Positions 42,550 to 52,480 of a DNA stretch of 64,000 nt are shown here, in pieces. Every line of letters starts with the position of its first letter. The first letter of the stretch is position 1. The notes beneath the pieces were generated by a model. The model saw nothing but the letters and a program-made list of their open reading frames with translations, searched no databases and was not told the origin of the DNA. Origin of the DNA: Cellulomonas sp. (GTDB lineage: Bacteria > Actinomycetota > Actinomycetes > Actinomycetales > Cellulomonadaceae); contig DASWOL010000204.1 in the NCBI GenBank assembly GCA_036398695.1, forward strand, positions 345 through 64,344, in the 5' to 3' direction. The position numbers were made by a program, and so were the translations under genes.

Positions 42550-43181
42550 ACGGCACAAACCGCGCCCTCAACAGAGCGGTCCTCATCGTGGTGGGCTGCG
42601 TCGCGCTCGCCGCCGGGCTGGCGGGAGTCGGCTCCGCGGCGTTGCCCGCGGGCGCCGCGGTGCGCGACGGCGTCGCCACGACCGCAAGCCGGTTCTTCGA
42701 CTGGCTGCCGACGTGGCAGGCGCACCTGGAAGGTCTGGGCTGGGGGGCGGTGCCGTGGGTGCTGCTGCTGGTACCCGTCGCGGCGCTGGTGCTGATCGTG
42801 CTGCTGTGCCTCGTCGTGGCCGCCCAAGGCCGCGGCCGCACCCGCGACGTCCTGCGGGAGCGGTCGGCGGGCGATGACGTGCCCGGGCTGCTGGCGGTCG
42901 ACGTGAACATCGCCTCGGCCGTCATCGGCGACACGCTGGACGGCCGCCCGGACTGTGTGGGCGCGACCGTGAGCGCGTACAGGCTCCGGGGCGCCACCGG
43001 TGGCGCAGCGATGAAGGTCACCATCACCCCGCGCCGGGGCGCCGACGTCGGCCGGCTGGTCGACGAGGCCGCCCGCGCGGTCGGCGAGTGGGACGAGCTG
43101 CTGGGGCGGCGCCTGCCGGTCCTGGTGCACCTGACCCGCGGCAGCTGGTCCGGTCTGCGTCGCCCCAGCCGTGTGACGTGA
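42546..43181 (+). CDS. AmaP-like alkaline shock membrane anchor
   Basis: 'NRALNRAVLIVVG', two TM, asp23 operon context. Confidence 0.7.
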   Translation: MNGTNRALNRAVLIVVGCVALAAGLAGVGSAALPAGAAVRDGVATTASRFFDWLPTWQAHLEGLGWGAVPWVLLLVPVAALVLIVLLCLVVAAQGRGRTRDVLRERSAGDDVPGLLAVDVNIASAVIGDTLDGRPDCVGATVSAYRLRGATGGAAMKVTITPRRGADVGRLVDEAARAVGEWDELLGRRLPVLVHLTRGSWSGLRRPSRVT

Positions 43182-43212
43182 TCAGGGCTGGGAGCCCGGT
43201 TGACCTGACGCC

Positions 43213-43249
43213 GTGACGTTTCGGGGCCCGGGCACGTCTAGGGAGTGTC
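43213..43249 (+). promoter_or_regulatory. Putative ECF promoter 2 (GTGAC-N17-CGTCTA)
   Basis: GTGACGTT...CGTCTAGGGAGTGTC upstream of csbD. Confidence 0.75.
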
Positions 43250-43326
43250 CGCGCGCCGCGCGTGCGCGTGCGGTGGACACGAAGGGGACTGCGTCCGCAG
43301 TCCGAGAAGAGAGGGAGGAGTCGCAG

Positions 43327-43500
43327 ATGAGTGCAGAGGACAAGGCCAAGAACGCGGCCCAGGACGCGACCGGCAAGCTCAAGGAGGCCGCCGGCCACGT
43401 GACGGACGACGACAAGCTGGTCGCGGAAGGCAAGACCGACCAGGCCAAGGCGACCGTCAAGAAGGCCGCCGAGGACGTCAAGGACATCTTCCGGGGCTGA
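43327..43500 (+). CDS. csbD: CsbD family stress protein
   Basis: 'GKLKEAAG.VTDD..L.AEGK.DQ'. Confidence 0.9.
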   Translation: MSAEDKAKNAAQDATGKLKEAAGHVTDDDKLVAEGKTDQAKATVKKAAEDVKDIFRG

Positions 43501-43578
43501 GCCGCGCCGGCCGGGGCGTCAGGGGGGCCGCCCCGGCCGGGTGGTTCTCGTCCAGCGTTTCAACGAGAGGACATCGTC

Positions 43579-43845
43579 ATGGGCTTTCTTGCCTTCCTGC
43601 TGCTCGGGCTCCTCGCCGGGGCCATCGCCAGGCTGATCATCCCGGGCACACAGCCAGGGGGCTGGCTCGCCACCCTGTTGCTGGGCGTCGTCGGCGCACT
43701 GCTGGGCGGCTGGCTCGGAGGTGCGCTCTTCAACGTCGGCCTCAGCTCGTTCTTCTCCCTGTCGACGTGGCTGCTGGCGATCGGCGGATCGATCGTCGTG
43801 CTGCTGGTCTACGGGGCGATCACGGGTCGGCGTGCGCGCACCTGA
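43579..43845 (+). CDS. GlsB/YeaQ/YmgE family membrane protein
   Basis: 'GLLAGAIARLIIPG', 'LLGVVGALLGG'. Confidence 0.9.
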   Translation: MGFLAFLLLGLLAGAIARLIIPGTQPGGWLATLLLGVVGALLGGWLGGALFNVGLSSFFSLSTWLLAIGGSIVVLLVYGAITGRRART

Positions 43846-43945
43846 CGTGACGGATCAGGATCGTGATGCGCCCTGCACTCCGGCTCGGGGGTGAGACCGG
43901 CATGGCGTCGGCCCGGTCCCGTGGACCGGGCCGACACGGCGGGGC

Positions 43946-44533
43946 GTGCGGCGCGAGGGGGTACGTCCGTTGGCGGATGAGCCTGGTCGGCGGTGGGAAG
44001 GCGTCGACGACCGGACGGTCGCCGGGAGGGCTGCGGACGGAGATCCCGAGGCGTTCGCCGCCCTGGTCACCCGGTACACACCGCTGCTGCGTGCCTACGT
44101 GCGGCGTCTCCTGGGGGCCAGCGACGAGGTCGACGACATCGTGCAGGAGACCCTCGTCGCCGCCTGGCTCAAGCTGCCGTCGCTGGCGGACCTCGGCGCG
44201 GTGAGGAGCTGGCTCATCCGTATCGCGTCCCGCAAGACGTTCGACAGACTGCGTCGCCGCCACCCCTCGGTGGACCTGGCGGCGCAGGAGCCGCCGGAGG
44301 CCGACCACCGCGAGCCGACGCGGGTGGTGGAGGCCCGATCACAGCTTCAGGCCCTGAGCGCCGCCCTGAGCGAGCTGCCCGAGGTTCAGCGGCGATGCTG
44401 GGTGCTCCGCGAGATCGCCGAGTACAGCTACGACGAGATCGCCGACGAGCTGGCGGTGCCCGTCTCCACGGTCCGGGGTCTGCTGGCGCGAGCCCGCAAG
44501 AGCCTCGTGGTGCAGATGGAGGACTGGCGATGA
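43946..44533 (+). CDS. ECF RNA polymerase sigma factor
   Basis: 'DDIVQETLVAAW', 'SWLIRIA', 'SYDEIA..L.VPVSTVRGLLARAR'; start uncertain. Confidence 0.92.
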   Translation: MRREGVRPLADEPGRRWEGVDDRTVAGRAADGDPEAFAALVTRYTPLLRAYVRRLLGASDEVDDIVQETLVAAWLKLPSLADLGAVRSWLIRIASRKTFDRLRRRHPSVDLAAQEPPEADHREPTRVVEARSQLQALSAALSELPEVQRRCWVLREIAEYSYDEIADELAVPVSTVRGLLARARKSLVVQMEDWR

Positions 44534-45150
44534 GCGCCGACGGACCTCGGCCGGACGGGTCGCGGTTCTCCCTGGCCACCGCGGACCTCGACGGGCACAC
44601 CATCGAGGAGCTGAGTGCCTACCTCGACGCCGACCGCCAGCCGCGCGACCCCACGATCGAGGCCTCGCCGGCCTGCCAGCTCGCCTTGCAGGCGATGGAA
44701 CGCCTGCGCGCGGCCTCGGGACGGCTGCTGACGGCCGACGCCGAGACCGAGTCGGCGGCCGACGAGTCCTGGGTGCGGCAGGTGCTGGCCGGCATCGCGC
44801 TCGACGCGCGGGCGGGACGGCGGATCCCGCTGCGGCACGTCTCGCCGGGGGCCGACCTGGGCATCACCGAAGGCGCCGTCCGCGGGGTGATCCGCTCCGC
44901 GGAGGACGACGTCGACGGCGTGGTCGTCGGGCGCTGTCGCATCGACGGCGACCTGGAGGCGCCGAACGGAACCGTCGACATCGCCGTGGACGTCAGCGTC
45001 CGTCTCGGCGTCGACATCCCGAGCGTGGCCGGCCGGCTGCGGGCGGCGATCGCCGCGCGCGTGCAGGCCAACACCGACCTCAGCGTCCGCGCCATCGACA
45101 TCACGGTCCACGACGTTCACTTCGCGCCTCAGCAGGAGGACGCCCCATGA
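44530..45150 (+). CDS. Asp23-domain protein with an anti-sigma-like N-terminus
   Basis: Coupled to the sigma gene; 'LSAYLD...CQLAL' then Asp23-like 'IDITVHDV'. Confidence 0.7.
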   Translation: MSADGPRPDGSRFSLATADLDGHTIEELSAYLDADRQPRDPTIEASPACQLALQAMERLRAASGRLLTADAETESAADESWVRQVLAGIALDARAGRRIPLRHVSPGADLGITEGAVRGVIRSAEDDVDGVVVGRCRIDGDLEAPNGTVDIAVDVSVRLGVDIPSVAGRLRAAIAARVQANTDLSVRAIDITVHDVHFAPQQEDAP

Positions 45151-45479
45151 CCACGCCCGACACCCGTCGGCTGGCGGCCGGGATCGAGCAGGCGGTCCGC
45201 CGCACCCCGGCGGTCACCGCGCTGTACTGGCCCGGCCCGTGGTGGACCGCGCTGGCACGTCAGGCTGCTGCCGGACTCGGTCTGGGCGAGGAGGACGTCC
45301 CCGCCGTGACGGTGGCCGAGCTGCCCGACGGATCGCTGGACGTCACCGCCGCCATCGCCACCGCCGCAGGCGCCGCCGACACGTGCCGCGCCGTGCACGA
45401 CGCCATCGCCGCGCACCTGCGCGCGCAGGGCTACCCCACCGCGACCATCCACATCACGGTGGTGCAGGTGGCCCGCTAG
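45147..45479 (+). CDS. Asp23-like hypothetical protein
   Basis: Coupled; 'IHITVVQV' C-terminal strand. Confidence 0.65.
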   Translation: MTTPDTRRLAAGIEQAVRRTPAVTALYWPGPWWTALARQAAAGLGLGEEDVPAVTVAELPDGSLDVTAAIATAAGAADTCRAVHDAIAAHLRAQGYPTATIHITVVQVAR

Positions 45480-45895
45480 CCGGGGAGCTGACCGCCTGCG
45501 GCAGCTCCCCGGGATTCGTCCTGAGCGGGCGTGGCGTGGTCGACGATGTCGTTCCCCTCGTCGACCACGACGACACGTGGCGTGTAGCGGTGCGCGTCCT
45601 CGTCGCTCATCTGCCCGTAGGCGATGACGATCACCCGGTCACCGACCGCCACCAGGTGCGCCGCCGCGCCGTTGATCGTGATGTCACGGCCGCCGCGCGG
45701 GCCAGGGATCGCGTACGTGGTCAGGCGGGCGCCGTTGGTGATGTCGAGGACGTCCACCTGCTGGTTGGGCAGGATGTCCGCCGCCTCCATCAGCTCGTGG
45801 TCGATGGTGATGGAGCCGACGTACTCGAGGTCGGCCTGCGTCACCGTCGCGCGGTGGATCTTGGACAGCATCATGGGACGCTGCAGCGTGCTCAT
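45476..45895 (-). CDS. panD: Aspartate 1-decarboxylase
   Basis: 'SKIHRATVT', YVG/SITID cleavage site, 'TYAI', 'INGAAAH'. Confidence 0.97.
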   Translation of the reverse strand: MSTLQRPMMLSKIHRATVTQADLEYVGSITIDHELMEAADILPNQQVDVLDITNGARLTTYAIPGPRGGRDITINGAAAHLVAVGDRVIVIAYGQMSDEDAHRYTPRVVVVDEGNDIVDHATPAQDESRGAAAGGQLPG

Positions 45896-45998
45896 GATGC
45901 GCGATCCTATGCGCCGTGGGAGCTGACCTTGGCGCGCCGGTGCACCGCCCGGGCGCCGGTCGGCTCCGCCCGGCGCGCACGGTGACGTCGCGCAGCGG

Positions 45999-46244
45999 CT
46001 ATGCCTCCGGGTCGACGTGGACCTCGTCGACCCTGGCGCCGGTTGCGGGGTCCCGGCTGGACACCCGGCGGGAGGCGTAGCCCCGCCGGCGCGTCAGCGC
46101 GAGTGACAGGACGATCGCCAGCAGCCCGCCGGCCATGAGGATCCAGCCCACCACGGCGATGTCGATGCCCGCCACGGAGGCGTGGATGGCAAAGGCCAGA
46201 ATGGCGCCGACTACCAGGAGAAAGATGCCAAGGCCTACGTACAT
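45999..46244 (-). CDS. DUF6458-like small membrane protein
   Basis: '[16 protein letters not shown]...VGWILM'. Confidence 0.75.
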   Translation of the reverse strand: MYVGLGIFLLVVGAILAFAIHASVAGIDIAVVGWILMAGGLLAIVLSLALTRRRGYASRRVSSRDPATGARVDEVHVDPEA

Positions 46245-46404
46245 GACGAGCCTGCCCTTCTTCTCTGCTGCTGCGCGAGCGGGAGTCCGCCGCACGGACT
46301 CCCCGATGAGCCGGTGTCCGTGGCCTGGGCGCGGCTGCGGAGCCGACCGTAGATCGAGATGAGCACGGCCGCCAGCGGGGCGGCCCGCGAGCCTTCGGCG
46401 ACGC

Positions 46405-48693
46405 TCAGCTCTCGCGGGGCGACACGACGTCCCCGGCACGCACCGCGCGCTGTGCGCACCACGTGCGGAAGATCGGCTCGGGCAAGGGCGTCGCGTGCAG
46501 GTAGCCCTGGCTGAGGTGGCCACCCACGGCGCGCAGCGCGGCCAGGGTCCGGTTGTCCTCCACGCCTTCGCCGACGACGGTCATGTCCAGGCCGCGGGCG
46601 ACCTGGACTGTTCCGGCGACGATCGCGCGGGTGCGCATGCTCGTGGCGAGCTGCTCGACGAACGACCGGTCGATCTTCAGCTCGTCGACGGGCAGGTCCT
46701 TGAGGTGCGTCAGCGAGGAGTACCCCGTGCCGTAGTCGTCGAGACTGAACCGCACGCCGCGCCGGCGCAGCTGCTGCATCAGCTCCGAGGATGCGACCGG
46801 GTCACGCAGCAGCATCGTCTCGGTCACCTCGAGCGTCAGCCGCCACGGCGCCAGGCCGGAGGCCGCCAGGGCGTTCTCGACGGCAGCCAGGGTTCTGCTG
46901 TCGCCGAGGTCCGCCGCCGCGACGTTGACCGAGACCGCCAGCGTGCGGGGCCAGGCGACGGCGTCGGTGGTCGCCAGGCCCAGCACCCGGGTGGTGAGGG
47001 CCATCGTCAGGCCGTGCTCCTCGACGAGTGGCAGGAACGCGGCGGGCCGCAGCAGGCCCAGCCGCGGATGCTCCCACCGGACCAGGGCCTCGGCTCCGTG
47101 CACCACGCCCGTTTCCACGTCCACCTGCGGCTGGTAGTACACGACGAGGTTCCCGTACTCGCCGCTCGCCACCCGGGGACCCAGCAGTCCGCGCAGGTCT
47201 CGCAGCAGCTGTTGGCGGGAGCGGGCGAGCACGTCGAGCTGCTCGTCGTACGGTCTGAGCTCGCCGCCGGAGCGCTTCGCGACGTACATCGCCGCGTCCG
47301 CACGCCGCATGAGCTCCTGCGCGGGAAGCTCCCGCCGACTGGCGGTCGCCACGCCCGCACTCGCGCCGAGGGCCAGCGTGCGGCCCTGGACGACGAGGGG
47401 CTGCCGCGCCGCGGCAAGGAGGGCCTCCGCGACGGCGTCCAGCCCGCTGGCCGGCTGTACCACCGCGGCGAACTCGTCGCCCCCGATCCGCGCCAACGCC
47501 ACACCCGCGGGCACCACCCTGCGGAACCGCGCCGCCAGTGCCTCGATGTACCGATCGCCTCCGGCGTGCCCCAGGGTGTCGTTGACCTCCTTAAAGCCGT
47601 CCATGTCGAGGATCACCAGGCCCGCGTCGTCGTCGCGCTGGCAGGCCTCGGTGAGCGACTCCAGGAACCCACGCCGGTTCGCCAGGCCGGTGAGCACGTC
47701 CGTCCGCGCCTCGACACGCGACGCGGCGAGCCGGGACAGCTCGCCGACGAGAGTCGCGAGACGAACCAGTCCCAGCATGCCCGCCACGCTGCAGGCGACC
47801 ACCGTCGCCAGGGTCGGTCCACCGGAGACGGCGGCGTCGGTCACGACGATCGCCAGGCTGAGGGCGACCACGAGCGTGGCCCCGCCGGCCGCCGAGCTGG
47901 CGCTGGCCTCCCGCGCCGGTGTCGACGCCGGGCGCTGCGTGGCGATGACCGCGGCGGTGGCGCACGCGGCCCAGAGGATGGGCACGATGGGACCCGACCC
48001 GAGCGTGGCCCACCGGCCCGCCGGGTCGTGCACCGCCGATGCCACGGTCACGACGTGCAGGGCCACCAGCGACCACAGGCCGAACAGCACCGCCCAGGCG
48101 CGGGGACGACGGCCGAGACCGGTCAGCCCCAGCAGCGACGTCGCGGTACCGAGCACCACCACCCACGTGGCGACCTGGAGGATGCACGGCTGCTCGCGCC
48201 ACCCCATGCCGGGTTCGAACCGGGCCGCCAGGGCGTTGCCCGCCCCGACCAGCGCCAGCACCGAGGCAAGGCCGTTGGACCAGTCGTCCACCCGCGCTAT
48301 GGCTCCCGAACGGCGGTGCAGGTAAAGCATCCCCTGGTACGCGCACGCCCCGGCCGCGAACGAGCCGAGCGAGGCGACGGCAGCCCAGGCCCACGGTCGC
48401 TCGCCCACGGCCCGGAAGGCTGCATCCGGCGCCAGTATCACCGCGCCGATCGCGCACGCCCACGAGAACCAGCGCCACGCACCAGCGTTGTCGTCGCTCG
48501 CCATGGACCTGCGGCGCAACAGCACGCTGGCTGCCGCGCACCAGAGCGCAGCCAGCGCAACGACGACGACCACGTTGGCCCCTTCCGCGCCCGGGTGGCG
48601 CGGAGATCGCACCGCCACCGTTGGCGTACACGTCAGATCGGTCGGTGCGGCGTGGGACTGAACGGATCGTGCGCACTTCACCCAGGCGGCCAT
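46405..48693 (-). CDS. Membrane-bound GGDEF-EAL diguanylate cyclase/phosphodiesterase
   Basis: ~9 TM, 'DVLTGLANRR', GGDEF, EAL, 'DDYGTGYSSL', 'QGY'; real start probably ~48570. Confidence 0.92.
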   Translation of the reverse strand: MAAWVKCARSVQSHAAPTDLTCTPTVAVRSPRHPGAEGANVVVVVALAALWCAAASVLLRRRSMASDDNAGAWRWFSWACAIGAVILAPDAAFRAVGERPWAWAAVASLGSFAAGACAYQGMLYLHRRSGAIARVDDWSNGLASVLALVGAGNALAARFEPGMGWREQPCILQVATWVVVLGTATSLLGLTGLGRRPRAWAVLFGLWSLVALHVVTVASAVHDPAGRWATLGSGPIVPILWAACATAAVIATQRPASTPAREASASSAAGGATLVVALSLAIVVTDAAVSGGPTLATVVACSVAGMLGLVRLATLVGELSRLAASRVEARTDVLTGLANRRGFLESLTEACQRDDDAGLVILDMDGFKEVNDTLGHAGGDRYIEALAARFRRVVPAGVALARIGGDEFAAVVQPASGLDAVAEALLAAARQPLVVQGRTLALGASAGVATASRRELPAQELMRRADAAMYVAKRSGGELRPYDEQLDVLARSRQQLLRDLRGLLGPRVASGEYGNLVVYYQPQVDVETGVVHGAEALVRWEHPRLGLLRPAAFLPLVEEHGLTMALTTRVLGLATTDAVAWPRTLAVSVNVAAADLGDSRTLAAVENALAASGLAPWRLTLEVTETMLLRDPVASSELMQQLRRRGVRFSLDDYGTGYSSLTHLKDLPVDELKIDRSFVEQLATSMRTRAIVAGTVQVARGLDMTVVGEGVEDNRTLAALRAVGGHLSQGYLHATPLPEPIFRTWCAQRAVRAGDVVSPRES

Positions 48694-48886
48694 GGCCGGG
48701 GCTAGAGCGACGGCAGCCGGCGCCGCGACTACCCTCTGCTCCCAGCCATCCGCTGAACCGCACCCTTCGTGCGCTCGGGTCGGGGAACTGGCTTCGCCCC
48801 GATGACGAACCGTGACGACAGCGGACCGAACTCATGCCCAACACCGATCGGCAACGCGACCCCTGGATCGAAACCCTGGCGCCACG

Positions 48887-49474
48887 CTACAAGGCGCTCA
48901 GTAGCGCAACCGTAATTACGAGCACAAGCGGTACCCACGGCACGGCCCATCGGCGAAAATCGGCCCCCTCGGCGGCATCGTGCCCCAAGCGGGCGCGAGC
49001 AATCGTCAACCGCTCTGCCAGACGTTCTGGCCGACCCGTCCGCCCGAGCATCACGTACAGATTCGTCTTCTGCACGGCCCAAACGGAGACATCGACACCT
49101 GAGCGACGATGAACGAGCAGCCGACTCCCACCCTCAAATCCCGTGACCTCGGGCCACGAGACGCCATAACTCACCCAGGGGTTGCGAATGATAAGGCCCG
49201 CCGGCTCCGCGCGGATCAACGGGCGCAGGCCGCTGGCATACGCGACCGTGGTCACGCCCGTTCCGATAACGAACAAGATTGGGGCGCGAGAACCTAAGCC
49301 GCTTGCGGCGAGGCTTACGCAAGCCAGTCCCAATAGAAGAGCGACTACGGACATGATCAGCGTACCGACTGACATCCTTGCGGAAACCACGGGGCCGCGG
49401 TCAGATGACGGCATTCTCACGGGCATCCCCTCTCTAGCATCGCTTGATCGCGCTGCAGATGCCGCTCGGCACAC
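48887..49474 (-). CDS. Bacterial PH-domain membrane protein (low GC)
   Basis: Two TM, 'GLIIRNPW....VSWPEV' bPH-like motif; atypical codon usage; start uncertain. Confidence 0.65.
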   Translation of the reverse strand: MCRAASAARSSDAREGMPVRMPSSDRGPVVSARMSVGTLIMSVVALLLGLACVSLAASGLGSRAPILFVIGTGVTTVAYASGLRPLIRAEPAGLIIRNPWVSYGVSWPEVTGFEGGSRLLVHRRSGVDVSVWAVQKTNLYVMLGRTGRPERLAERLTIARARLGHDAAEGADFRRWAVPWVPLVLVITVALLSAL

Positions 49475-49614
49475 CCACGAACAGATTCGTGGCGACCTTA
49501 CTGGGTAGTCCGGGCGACCAGAGGCCGGGCCTTACCTTCGTCGCCGATGCCGCGGCCTTCGCGGCCGCGCTGAGCTGTGAACCGACTCCACATCCGACCC
49601 AAAGAAACGCCAGC

Positions 49615-49800
49615 TCAGCAATCGAATGCAGGGCGATGTCGCGCCGACTCATTCCCTGCGCCGATCCAGACCCGAACCTGGTCGTCAGCGGTCGCGGTGA
49701 TCGTGTAGGTCCCGGTGGTGGGGAACGTCACGAAGCCGGTGCCCGCCACGAGCCACCAGTTGGGCCACTCGAAATCCCTGGATGACCGCTGCTGGAACCC
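49615..49800 (-). pseudogene. PA14-like domain fragment
   Basis: Frame reads WWLVAGTGFVTFPTTGTYTITATADDQVRVWIG and stops soon after; no intact gene. Confidence 0.55.
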
Positions 49801-49881
49801 CCGCCAGTGTCGTCGGTGATCCCAGGCCGATCGTAGAACGCCGCTGGTCCGCGTCTGCGCAGGTCACGGCCGTGTCTTAAG

Positions 49882-49966
49882 CGGAGGATGGGGGATTCGA
49901 ACCCCCGAGGGTGTTACCCCAACACGCTTTCCAAGCGTGCGCCATAGGCCACTAGGCGAATCCTCC
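49882..49966 (-). tRNA. tRNA-Ser(GGA)
   Basis: GGAGGAT/ATCCTCC acceptor stem, CACGC-TTGGAAA-GCGTG anticodon arm, GTTCGAATC. Confidence 0.96.
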
Positions 49967-50000
49967 CGGCCGCACGAGGATACCGGACCGCACCCGGGAC

Positions 50001-50594
50001 TCAGGACTGTTCGGCGGGTCCTGGCAGCCGCAGCACCGTTGCCGCGAAGTACGAGGCCTCGGCCGGGTCGTGCGTGATGAGCAGGGCGGTCCGGCCGGGC
50101 AGCCGTGAGCGCACCCACGCCAGCGTCGCGGCCTTCGCGTCGGTGTCCAGCCCGGTGAAGGGCTCGTCGAGCACCACGAGGTCGGACGGCGCCAGCACGC
50201 CGCGCACCAGCGCCACCCGGCGCCGCTGCCCCCCGGACAGCGAGCGCACCGGCTTGCGCAGCGACTCGTCGGCCAGGCCGACGGCCCGCAGCTCGTCGGC
50301 CACCTCCGAGCGCGAGACCGAGCGGGGCAGCACCAGCCGCACGTTGCCCACGGCGGTGAGCTGCTCGCACAGCCGGTTGTCCTGGAACACGGCCGAGCGG
50401 CGCAGCCCCGACAGCCCCGAGACCACCCCGGACGTCGGCGCCTCCAACCCCAGCAGCAGCCGCCCCAGCGTCGTCTTGCCGGACCCGTTGGCCCCGAGCA
50501 ACGCCGTCACGGAGCCGTCGGGCAGGCTGAGCGAAACGTCGCGCAGCACGACGAGGGACCCGAAGGTCTTGGTCACCGACGAGAGCGTGATCAT
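50001..50594 (-). CDS. ABC transporter ATP-binding protein (NitT/TauT type)
   Basis: GANGSGKT, LSGGQ, LDEPF. Confidence 0.92.
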   Translation of the reverse strand: MITLSSVTKTFGSLVVLRDVSLSLPDGSVTALLGANGSGKTTLGRLLLGLEAPTSGVVSGLSGLRRSAVFQDNRLCEQLTAVGNVRLVLPRSVSRSEVADELRAVGLADESLRKPVRSLSGGQRRRVALVRGVLAPSDLVVLDEPFTGLDTDAKAATLAWVRSRLPGRTALLITHDPAEASYFAATVLRLPGPAEQS

Positions 50595-51400
50595 GACGCT
50601 TTCCCGTCCGAGAGCCGTCGCTCCAGCAGCGAGAGCAGCCACAGCACCAGCCGCTCGAAGGCGAACGCGACCAGCACCACCACCGCGGTCCAGGCGAACA
50701 CGTCCGCCGTCTCGAGGAACAGGCGCCCCTGGTACAGCCGCTCACCGATGGTCCCGCTGGGCAGGCCGATCACCTCGGCGGCGATGCCGCTCTTCCATGC
50801 CAGCCCCACGCCGGTGCGGCATCCGGCGGCGAAGTACGGCAGCACGCCCGGCACGTCGATCGCCAGGAACCGGCGCCACCGGGACACCCGGAACACCGAG
50901 GCCATCTCCAGCAGCGAACGGTCGCGCTCGGCGATCCCCGACAGCACGGTCGCGTGGATGATCGGCAGGGTCATGAGGAACGAGACGATGGTCGCCAGGC
51001 GCTCGGGATCCGCCCAGATCAGCACCAGGATGATGAACGACACGACGGGCGTGGACCGGATGGTGGTCACCACCGGCGCCAGGAGGGCCTCGATCCACTT
51101 CGACCAGGCGGACAGCGCCGCGAGGAGCACCCCGACGAGCGCCGCGAGCAGGAAGCCGAGCGTGATCCGCCCGAACGTGCGCGTTACCGCGTCCCAGAAG
51201 TCCGCGGTGGGCACCAGCTGCGTCAGCCGGACCGCGACTTCCCACGGCCCGACGAGCAGCACCTTCTGATGGACGGCGAGTGACGCGCCCTGCCATGCGG
51301 CCAGCCAGAAGGCGATGGCCAGCAGCGGGCGCGCCACCCGCCAGGTGTCCGTAGGAGCCTGGTGTGCGGCCCCAGGCTCAGGAACCGAAGTAGAAGTCAT
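50591..51400 (-). CDS. ABC transporter permease (NitT/TauT type)
   Basis: 'IRSTPVVSFI', 'LLEMASVF', 'GLAWKSGIAAEVIG'. Confidence 0.92.
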   Translation of the reverse strand: MTSTSVPEPGAAHQAPTDTWRVARPLLAIAFWLAAWQGASLAVHQKVLLVGPWEVAVRLTQLVPTADFWDAVTRTFGRITLGFLLAALVGVLLAALSAWSKWIEALLAPVVTTIRSTPVVSFIILVLIWADPERLATIVSFLMTLPIIHATVLSGIAERDRSLLEMASVFRVSRWRRFLAIDVPGVLPYFAAGCRTGVGLAWKSGIAAEVIGLPSGTIGERLYQGRLFLETADVFAWTAVVVLVAFAFERLVLWLLSLLERRLSDGKAS

Positions 51401-52442
51401 CGCCCGGCATAGTCCCACCGACCGACTTCGGATCCGCGGTGAACAGCACCTGCAGGTAGCTGCTCAGGGCCGTCTTCATGTCCGCGCCCGCGATGTACGT
51501 CACGTGGCTGGCGGGGATCGCGGCCTGCGCCACCGGCGCCGCGGGCACGATGCCTGCTGCGGCGATGAGCGCCGCGGCCCCGGCCGGGTCGTCGTTGGTG
51601 TACTTCGTGGAGGCCTGGTAGTCCGCCAGGAAGTCCGCGAAGGCGGCCGGGTGGTCCTTGACGAAGGCGGTGCGCACCACGAGCACGCCGGTGATCAGCT
51701 GCGAGCCGGCGTCGCTGACCTTGGTCCACTCGTCGGTGAGGTCGAACACGGTGCGCACGCTCGCGGTCTGCTTTTCGACCACGGTGACGTACGGCTGCGG
51801 CAGCACGGCGACCGTGCCGGGATTCGCGGTCACCCGGGAGCCGAGCGCCGTCGCCTCGCTCTCGAACGCCACGGTGACGTCCTTGGCCGGGTCCAGGCCG
51901 TTCTTCGCCAGCAGGTAGTCGAGCACGTACTCCGGCGTGGTGCCCTTGCCGGTGGTGTAGATCGTCTTGCCCTTGAGGTCGGCCCAGGTGTGGACGGTGT
52001 TGCCGTTCTCGACGATCTGGAGCACGCCGAGCGTGTTGATCGCGGCGACCTGCACGGCCGGGCCGGCGTCGGTCTTGGTCTGCTGGTAGAGCACCGCGGC
52101 GAGGTTGGACGGGATGAGCGCCACGTCCACCTTGCCCTGCACGACGAGCGGCACCACCTCGTCGGGCGAGCCGTACATGGTGACCTTGTAGTCCTGCTTG
52201 CCGGCGCCCTTGGTGGCGTCGTCCATCAGCTTGACCAGGCCCATGGTGGTCGGTCCCTTGAGGGACGCGATGTTCATGGTGACGCGCTCGGCCGGCGTGG
52301 TGGGCGCGGGGGCCGGGGTGGTGCTCTCAGCCGCGGCCGAGGTGGCCGGGGTCGTCGTCGGCGCCGCTGTCTGGCCGGAGCAGCCGAGCAGCAGCGCCCC
52401 TACCGCGACCGACCCGAAAAGGGCGCGCGCGATCCGCTTCAT
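51378..52442 (-). CDS. ABC substrate-binding lipoprotein (SsuA/NMT1-like)
   Basis: Lipobox LLGC, 'LKGPTTMG', 'AVLPQPY'. Confidence 0.88.
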   Translation of the reverse strand: MKRIARALFGSVAVGALLLGCSGQTAAPTTTPATSAAAESTTPAPAPTTPAERVTMNIASLKGPTTMGLVKLMDDATKGAGKQDYKVTMYGSPDEVVPLVVQGKVDVALIPSNLAAVLYQQTKTDAGPAVQVAAINTLGVLQIVENGNTVHTWADLKGKTIYTTGKGTTPEYVLDYLLAKNGLDPAKDVTVAFESEATALGSRVTANPGTVAVLPQPYVTVVEKQTASVRTVFDLTDEWTKVSDAGSQLITGVLVVRTAFVKDHPAAFADFLADYQASTKYTNDDPAGAAALIAAAGIVPAAPVAQAAIPASHVTYIAGADMKTALSSYLQVLFTADPKSVGGTMPGDDFYFGS

Positions 52443-52480
52443 GGGGGTGACCTTCCGTACTAGGGGGGCTGGACTGCGAG

